From positions 20,460,001 to 20,524,000 of the forward strand of contig OZ059898.1 of the NCBI GenBank assembly GCA_964057225.1: DNA of 64,000 nucleotides. Reading direction: 5' to 3'. This stretch comes from Auanema rhodensis (taxonomy: Eukaryota; Animalia; Nematoda). Below, piece after piece: positions 1 to 6,800 of this stretch (positions are counted from its first letter, which is position 1; each line of letters starts with the position of its first letter). The notes under the pieces were generated by a model. That model worked only from the letters and a program-made list of their open reading frames with translations, ran no database searches and was not told the origin of the DNA. Position numbers and translations under genes: made by a program.

Positions 1-1
1 A

Positions 2-2119
2 AAGAATAGCAAAAGATGCGCAAGAACTGGATCTTGCCAAGAAAACAAATGCAGCACCATTCAATCGGACACCATGGTTCACGAACTAGAACTAGCCAAC
101 CAATATCCTGGATCTACACACTGCACAGAATCCTGCGGAGGATTTGGCTGTGGCTGCTTCTATCCATCTTCAGGATGCCTCTTCTACCGCACCTACATGA
201 AACCTATAGACAAATCTGTTTACGAAGTCTTTTCATGTAACGAATGGATACCTTCCACACAACTACATATCACCTATCTGAACGGAACCACAACCACTTC
301 ACGGAACATCACGCTTCATTCGGACATTCAAACAGACGTACATCCTTTCAAATTCTCCGCAATCAGTCTAACACCTCCTATTATTCCAAGAATGCAAGGA
401 CAATTTATTAGAAATTTGACAAGACTGGCCATATGGAACATGAAGTCTACACTGACATGCTCATCTCATGAAAAAGCAAAGAAATTGGACTGTAAAGCAA
501 ACCCTCAGTGTGAATGCACTCCTGCAGAAGACTCAGTCAACTGCCATTGTGAAAACCAGAACATTCAATCAGTCTTTAACAGTGTTCAAACCATTTTACC
601 TATATTCACACCTGCTTACTCAATCGAACAGTCACAACGGAACCTTGAAATCAACATCTATCGCAACATGATGGCAGAAATTTATGTAACAGTGGATGGA
701 ATCTTCAATGTATCATCATCGCACGACGACTCGACATGTTTAATCCATGACTCAATGGTTAGAGGATGCTACAACTGCCAAAACGGAGCACAAGCCAACA
801 TCATATGTACTTCACCCATAAATGCTTTAGCTGCCACGAACTGCGGTGACACAGCCTTTATGCTACAATGCAGTCCAAAAGGAACATCAAACAATATTCG
901 ATTACCTATCACTACAGCATCACCATGGATCAACTGTTCATATTCATGCGGACACAATATACAATATTTCTCTCTAACAGGAATATTATATTACGTCAGC
1001 AATATTCAGGACCTACAGAAACACTACATAGAAGGAAACCACTCCTCACTTCACGAAACAGCTATTACCTTTCAATGGCCCGATATTACCCATTTCTACA
1101 ACATCTACCTAGGCTGGTACAAAGAAATTGCAATCTGCATCCTTATAGTAATGCTAGCCCTTGCTGTTTCTTATCACATCATCGCGGCTTACGCAACAAA
1201 ATTCACCGTCAGCTCCGCCCATGTCATCATTCACCTCGTAAAAATTATTCTCTGGTTACCCATCGCTGTCACCAGCTTCTTCGCCCGCCAGCTCTTTCTT
1301 CTATACAAAAGAAAGACTCACATCCTTCTCGTATTCATACTCACTATAATGTCTATTCCTACTACTCGCTGCTCCGATATTCAAGGTGTCATTGATCGCT
1401 CCAATCATAGATGCCAGAAATACATCCGACTTCCCTTGGAAAAGAGGACCGAATGCCTCAAAGAACTGACTAGGACCATGGACTCCACCCTGAAGCTTCT
1501 CTTTAGCTTAGAGGAGAACAAGGAAACCCCCACCGGAAAAGTCAACGATGTCGCAGCTAATGCTTTAATAGCATACATCAAGCTCAAAGATTTCCTATCT
1601 ACAGCTAAAACATCTTATGTTTTTAATATGGAAAAGGAAAAGCTTAGAATTTTTGGCAATGAGAAGCGCCTCACAGACCTCGTCCGCAACATTCAGAAGG
1701 ACCATCTTAGCTCTATCGAACTTAAGAACATGCCTTATGGATTTACAAAGGTCCAGAAGGAAAGGGATCCAGCTCCCACTACAAAGAGCAACATTATAGT
1801 CGTAGAAGCTATGCCCGAACTCAAAAGGATAGATCTCACAACCCGCAACATCGGTGAGGATCTTACAACTTTGACTCGAATTATTATGAGATCAAACAAT
1901 GACGACAAAGGCAAGGACATATTGGATGAACTCCGACAGATCAAGGACCTATTGAAGCAAATGGTCCCAAAGACCATTCAGCCAACCTTATCAAAGGACA
2001 CCCAAACACCACCAAGAAAACTGAGAACAAAAAGGACAGAAACAGACCTACCACCAGCCAAGCAGTCACGAACATCACCCAGTAAGGACAGTACGATCGA
2101 GTTCCAGGACATCTTCTAA
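2..2119 (+). CDS. env: 5'-partial envelope polyprotein: phlebovirus Gc(G2)-like class II fusion protein, membrane anchor region and C-terminal extension
   Basis: The frame is open from position 2 (KNSKRCARTGSCQENKCSTIQSDT-MVHEL...), so ATG74 is probably internal. It carries the fusion-loop motif CTESCGGFGCGCFYPSSGCLF (cf. phlebovirus Gc CGGWGCGCF), CECTPAEDSVNCHC and GCYNCQNGA. Six N-glycosylation sequons (NGT, NIT, NLT, NVS, NCS, NHS) precede a TM segment IAICILIVMLALAVSYHII starting at 1127. Stop is TAA at 2117-2119. Confidence 0.9.
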   Translation, partial: KNSKRCARTGSCQENKCSTIQSDTMVHELELANQYPGSTHCTESCGGFGCGCFYPSSGCLFYRTYMKPIDKSVYEVFSCNEWIPSTQLHITYLNGTTTTSRNITLHSDIQTDVHPFKFSAISLTPPIIPRMQGQFIRNLTRLAIWNMKSTLTCSSHEKAKKLDCKANPQCECTPAEDSVNCHCENQNIQSVFNSVQTILPIFTPAYSIEQSQRNLEINIYRNMMAEIYVTVDGIFNVSSSHDDSTCLIHDSMVRGCYNCQNGAQANIICTSPINALAATNCGDTAFMLQCSPKGTSNNIRLPITTASPWINCSYSCGHNIQYFSLTGILYYVSNIQDLQKHYIEGNHSSLHETAITFQWPDITHFYNIYLGWYKEIAICILIVMLALAVSYHIIAAYATKFTVSSAHVIIHLVKIILWLPIAVTSFFARQLFLLYKRKTHILLVFILTIMSIPTTRCSDIQGVIDRSNHRCQKYIRLPLEKRTECLKELTRTMDSTLKLLFSLEENKETPTGKVNDVAANALIAYIKLKDFLSTAKTSYVFNMEKEKLRIFGNEKRLTDLVRNIQKDHLSSIELKNMPYGFTKVQKERDPAPTTKSNIIVVEAMPELKRIDLTTRNIGEDLTTLTRIIMRSNNDDKGKDILDELRQIKDLLKQMVPKTIQPTLSKDTQTPPRKLRTKRTETDLPPAKQSRTSPSKDSTIEFQDIF

Positions 2120-2125
2120 CTCGTC

Positions 2126-2133
2126 GGCCGGAG
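2126..2133 (+). other. Putative plus-strand primer site (atypical short PPT, GGCCGGAG)
   Basis: G-rich octamer immediately 5' of the LTR-initial TG at 2134. The call is positional, since it is not a pure purine tract. Confidence 0.5.
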
Positions 2134-2393
2134 TGTGCTTGAGCACTCTATATTCCTAAAAAACCTTAAAAACTCTATCTTTTTCTAATACTTCATAATT
2201 CTTTATAAATCTCTTTTAACTGATCAATATTCGTGTAAGTTGAACCTAAGGCTCTTTTTACTCATGACTCATAGGCTACTCATCCCCCACGCATATCTCC
2301 GCAGAATAAGCATGAGATAACGCTTGCTTCTCCTCCCCCTTTTTGTATCTCTGAATTCTCTAAGTTAACATTATATCTTGCCTCTCGCGTTAG

Positions 2394-2400
2394 TATATAA
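2394..2400 (+). promoter_or_regulatory. LTR TATA box (TATATAA)
   Basis: TAGTATATAAGCC inside the LTR, 75 bp upstream of AATAAA, in the expected U3-R order. Confidence 0.6.
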
Positions 2401-2468
2401 GCCGAGAGGATTCCTCAAATTCTTAGGTGTCAATAGTGTAAAAGAATTTATTCTTGTTACCGTTGCAT

Positions 2469-2474
2469 AATAAA
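2469..2474 (+). terminator. LTR polyadenylation signal (AATAAA)
   Basis: Canonical hexamer downstream of the TATA box and ~108 bp before the LTR end. Confidence 0.55.
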
Positions 2475-2582
2475 TATTCTCTCCATATTCTCTTCGATCA
2501 AGAGCACTACAAAAATCTACCACTGAACCAACTATGCCACTGCTCCGCTCACCCATTTCTAAGGACACGACGGCGCAAAACA

Positions 2583-3755
2583 AATTTTGAAAACCGCATC
2601 TCTTTATCTTTCACGTGAAGCGAGTTACATACCTAGTGCACATCACGTGTACATTTAATTAGCATAAATTAAAGTTCACGTAAATTTCAAATTCATGGTT
2701 ACCATGAACCAATATCAATAAAAATTTGTTTTTAAACTAATATGGACATGGGGATTCTAATTTTGAAAACCGCATCTCTTTATCTTTCACGTGAAGCGAG
2801 TTACATACCTAGTGCACATCACGTGTACATTTAATTAGCATAAATTAAAGTTCACGTAAATTTCAAAGTCATGGTTACCATGAATCAATATCAATAAAAA
2901 TTTGTTTTTAGACTAATTTGGACATGGGGAATCTAATTTTGAAAACCGCATCTCTTTATCTTTCAAGTGAAGCGAGTTACATACCAAGTGCACATCACGT
3001 GTACATTTAATTAGCATAAATTAAAGTTCACGTAAATTTCAAAGTCATGGTTACCATGAACCAATATCAATAAAAATTTGTTTTTAGACTAATATGGACA
3101 TGGGGAATCTAATTTTGAAAACCGCATCTTTTTATCTTTCACGTGAAGCGAGTTACATACCAAGTGCACATCACGTGTACACTAAATTAGCATAAATTAA
3201 AGTTCACGTAAATTTCAAAGTCATGGTTACCATGAACCAATATCAATAAAAATTTGTTTTTAGACTAATTTGGACATGGGGAATCTAATTTTGAAAACCG
3301 CATCTCTTTATCTTTCAAGTGAAGCGAGTTACATACCAAGTGCACATCACGTGTACATTTAATTAGCATAAATTAAAGTTCACGTAAATTTCAAATTCAT
3401 GGTTACCATGAACCAATATCAATAAAAATTTGTTTTTAAACTAATATGGACATGGGGAATCTAATTTTGAAAACCGCATCTCTTTATCTTTCACGTGAAG
3501 CGAGTTACATACCTAGTGCACATCACGTGTACATTTAATTAGCATAAATTAAAGTTCACGTAAATTTCAAATTCATGGTTACCATGAACCAATATCAATA
3601 AAAATTTGTTTTCAAACTAATATGGACATGGGGATTCTAATTTTGAAAACCGCATCTCTTTATCTTTCACGTGAATCGAGTTACATACCTAGTGCACATC
3701 ACGTGTACATTTAATTAGCATAAATTAAAGTTCACGTAAATTTCAAAGTCATGGT
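2583..3755 (+). repeat. 176-bp tandem satellite, ~6.7 copies
   Basis: GAAAACCGCATC recurs at 2589, 2765, 2941, 3117, 3293, 3469 and 3645 (period exactly 176), with only a few substitutions between copies. The TTCAAGTGA variant at 2966 and 3318 suggests a local dimer duplication. Confidence 0.97.
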
Positions 3756-3821
3756 CGCTTCACGTGAAAGATAAAGAGATGCGGTTTTCAAAATTAGATT
3801 CCCCATGTCCATATTAGTCTA
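3755..3821 (-). repeat. Inverted 67-bp fragment of the 176-bp satellite
   Basis: TCGCTTCACGTGAAAGATAAAGAGATGCGGTTTTCAAAATTAGATTCCCCATGTCCATATTAGTCTA is the reverse complement of the satellite segment TAGACTAATATGGACATGGGGAATCTAATTTTGAAAACCGCATCTCTTTATCTTTCACGTGAAGCGA. Confidence 0.95.
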
Positions 3822-6800
3822 GCTTAAAACAAAAATTAGTTATGATCGTTTGAAAAATGATGCATTAGTGTATGTTGAGTTTCCATGTACACTCAACATT
3901 GCTTCCAAAAACATTTTGACAAAAATTTTTTCCAAAAATTTCAAAATAATTTAGCAAAAAGTAGATGTTTTTAGATTCCTTTTTTCAAGGCAAAGACGAT
4001 GGACAATGTTATTCAACGAAAAAATTAATTCTTCAGGGTGAAAATCGAGGATATAAGTGTGAACTTATATCAGTTGATATCTCGGTGCATTTTTAAGCTA
4101 GCGCAAATCTGATAACACAGATCGACGCAGCTTAAAAATCCGCATCGAATGCACTATACTACATTGAGAAACGCTTAATACAAAAATTAGTTATGATCGT
4201 TTGAAAAATGATGCATTAGTGTATGTTGAGTTTCCATGTACACTCAACATTGCTTCCAAAAACATTTTGACAAAAATTTTTTCGAAAAATTTCAAAATAA
4301 TTTAGCAAAAAGTAGATGTTTTTAGATTCCTTTTTTCAAGGCAAAGACGATGGACAATGTTATTCAACGAAAAAATCAATTCTTCAGGGTGAAAATCGAG
4401 GATATAAGTGTGAACTTATATCAGTTGATATCTCGGTGCATTTTTAAGCTAGCGCAAATCTGATAACACAGATCGACGCAGCTTAAAAATCCGCATCGAA
4501 TGCACTATACTACATTGAGAAACGTTTGATACAAAAATTAGTTATGATCGTTTGAAAAATGATGCATTAGTGTATGTTGAGTTTCCATGTACACTCAACA
4601 TTGCTTCCAAAAACATTTTGACAAAAATTTTTTCCAAAAATTTCAAAATAATTTAGCAAAAAGTAGATGTTTTTAGATTCCATTTTTCAAGGCAAAGACG
4701 ATGGACAATGTTATTCAACGAAAAAATTAATTCTTCAGGGTGAAAATCGAGGATATAAGTGTGAACTTATATCAGTTGATATCTCGGTGCATTTTTAAGC
4801 TAGCGCAAATCTAATAACACAGATCGACGCAGCTTAAAAATCCGCATCGAATGCACTATACTACATTGAAAAACGCTTGATACAAAAATTAGTTATGATC
4901 GTTTGAAAAATGATGGATTAGTGTATGTTGAGTTTCCATGTACACTCAACATTGCTTCCAAAAACATTTTGACAAAAATTTTTTCGAAAAATTTCAAAAT
5001 AATTTAGCAAAAAGTAGATGTTTTTAGATTCCTTTTTCAAGGCAAAGACGATAGACAATGTTATTCAACGAAAAAATCAATTCTTCAGGGTGAAAATCGA
5101 GGATATAAGTGTGAACATATATCAGTTGATATCTCGGTGCATTTTTAGGCTAGCGCAAATCTGATAACACAGATCGACGCAGCTTAAAAATCCGCATCGA
5201 ATGCACTATACTACATTGAGAAACGCTTAATACACAAATTAGTTATGATCGTTTGAAAAATGATGCATTAGTGTATGTTGAGTTTCCATGTACACTCAAC
5301 ATTGCTTCCAAAAACATTTTGACAAAAATTTTTTCGAAAAATTTCAAAATAATTTAGCAAAAAGTAGATGTTTTTAGATTCCTTTTTTCAAGGCAAAGAC
5401 GATGGACAATGTTATTCAACGAAAAAATCAATTCTTCAGGGTGAAAATCGAGGATATAAGTGTGAACTTATATCAGTTGATATCTCGGTGCATTTTTAAG
5501 CTAGCGCAAATCTGATAACACAGATCGACGCAGCTTAAAAATCCGCATCGAATGCACTATACTACATTGAGAAACGTTTAATACAAAAATTAGTTATGAT
5601 CGTTTGAAAAATGATGCATTAGTGTATGTTGAGTTTCCATGTACACTCAACATTGCTTCCAAAAACATTTTGACAAAAATTTTTTCGAAAAATTTCAAAA
5701 TAATTTAGCAAAAAGTAGATGTTTTTAGATTCCTTTTTCAAGGCAAAGACGATAGACAATGTTATTCAACGAAAAAATCAATTCTTCAGGGTGAAAATCG
5801 AGGATATAAGTGTGAACATATATCAGTTGATATCTCGGTGCATTTTTAGGCTAGCGCAAATCTGATAACACAGATCGACGCAGCTTAAAAATCCGCATCG
5901 AATGCACTATACTACATTGAGAAACGCTTAATACACAAATTAGTTATGATTGTTTGAAAAATGATGCATTAGTGTATGTTGAGTTTCCATGTACACTCAA
6001 CATTGCTTCCAAAAACATTTTGACAAAAATTTTTTCCAAAAATTTCAAAATAATTTAGCAAAAAGTAGATGTTTTTAGATTCCATTTTTTAAGGCAAAGA
6101 CGATGGACAATGTTATTCAACGAAAAAATTAATTCTTCAGGGTGAAAATCGAGGATATAAGTGTGAACTTATATCAGTTGATATCTCGGTGCATTTTTAA
6201 GCTAGCGCAAATCTGATAACACAGATCGACGCAGCTTAAAAATCCGCATCGAATGCACTATACTACATTGAGAAACGCTTAATACAAAAATTAGTTATGA
6301 TCGTTTGAAAAATGATGCATTAGTGTATGTTGAGTTTCCATGTACACTCAACATTGCTTCCAAAAACATTTTGACAAAAATTTTTTCCAAAAATTTCAAA
6401 ATAATTTAGCAAAAAGTAGATGTTTTTAGATTCTTTTTTTCAAGGCAAAGACGATGGACAATGTTATTCAACGAAAAAATTAATTCTTCAGGGTGAAAAT
6501 CGAGGATATAAGTGTGAACTTATATCAGTTGATATCTCGGTGCATTTTTAAGCTAGCGCAAATCTGATAACACAGATCGACGCAGCTTAAAAATCCGCAT
6601 CGAATGCACTATACTACATTGAGAAACGCTTAATACAAAAATTAGTTATGATCGTTTGAAAAATGATGCATTAGTGTATGTTGAGTTTCCATGTACACTC
6701 AACATTGCTTCCAAAAACATTTTGACAAAAATTTTTTCCAAAAATTTCAAAATAATTTAGCAAAAAGTAGATGTTTTTAGATTCTTTTTTTCAAGGCAAA

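Larger units (their letters stand above)
1..2582 (+). mobile_element. 3' portion of an env-bearing Bel/Pao (Belpaoviridae; Cer7/Cer13/Atlas-like) LTR retrotransposon, truncated by the window start
   Basis: A Gc-like env ORF is followed 14 nt after its stop by a TG...CA-bounded segment with TATA and polyA signals. Phlebovirus-like env genes are established for nematode Bel/Pao elements. gag and pol are not in the window, so the family call rests on env type and layout. Confidence 0.85.
2134..2582 (+). repeat. 3' LTR, 449 bp (TGT...ACA)
   Basis: Begins TGTGCT at 2134 and ends AAAACA at 2582, exactly where satellite sequence starts. Contains TATATAA and a downstream AATAAA. The paired 5' LTR is outside the window. 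Confidence 0.75.

Noticed and set aside
74-76. ATG74 as the true start of env
   Set aside because: The frame is open to the window edge, the upstream residues (KRCARTGSC...KC) belong to the Gc Cys scaffold, and no signal peptide follows this ATG.
16-1977. Short alternative-frame and antisense ORFs overlapping env (including 868-1395, 175 aa)
   Set aside because: They are shadows of the long env ORF with no recognisable motifs.
2-2119. Stand-alone endogenous phlebovirus M segment, or host EFF-1/AFF-1/HAP2 fusogen
   Set aside because: The ORF is intronless and directly followed by an LTR-like segment, and its motifs match retroelement-borne Gc rather than host fusexins.
2371-2583. 70-aa minus-strand ORF
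   Set aside because: It lies inside the LTR, has a non-ATG start and has no supporting features.
3975-4125. Hammerhead ribozyme in the satellite (CUGAAGA on the minus strand at ~4030-4036; CUGAUAA on the plus strand at ~4109)
   Set aside because: No paired stem II leading to GAAA could be built, the plus-strand word is not CUGANGA, and many monomers mutate the minus-strand word to CUGAAGG. An Infernal/Rfam scan would settle it.
5145-5150. Nematode telomere hexamer TTAGGC in variant monomers
   Set aside because: It is a single hexamer created by one A>G substitution and is never tandem.
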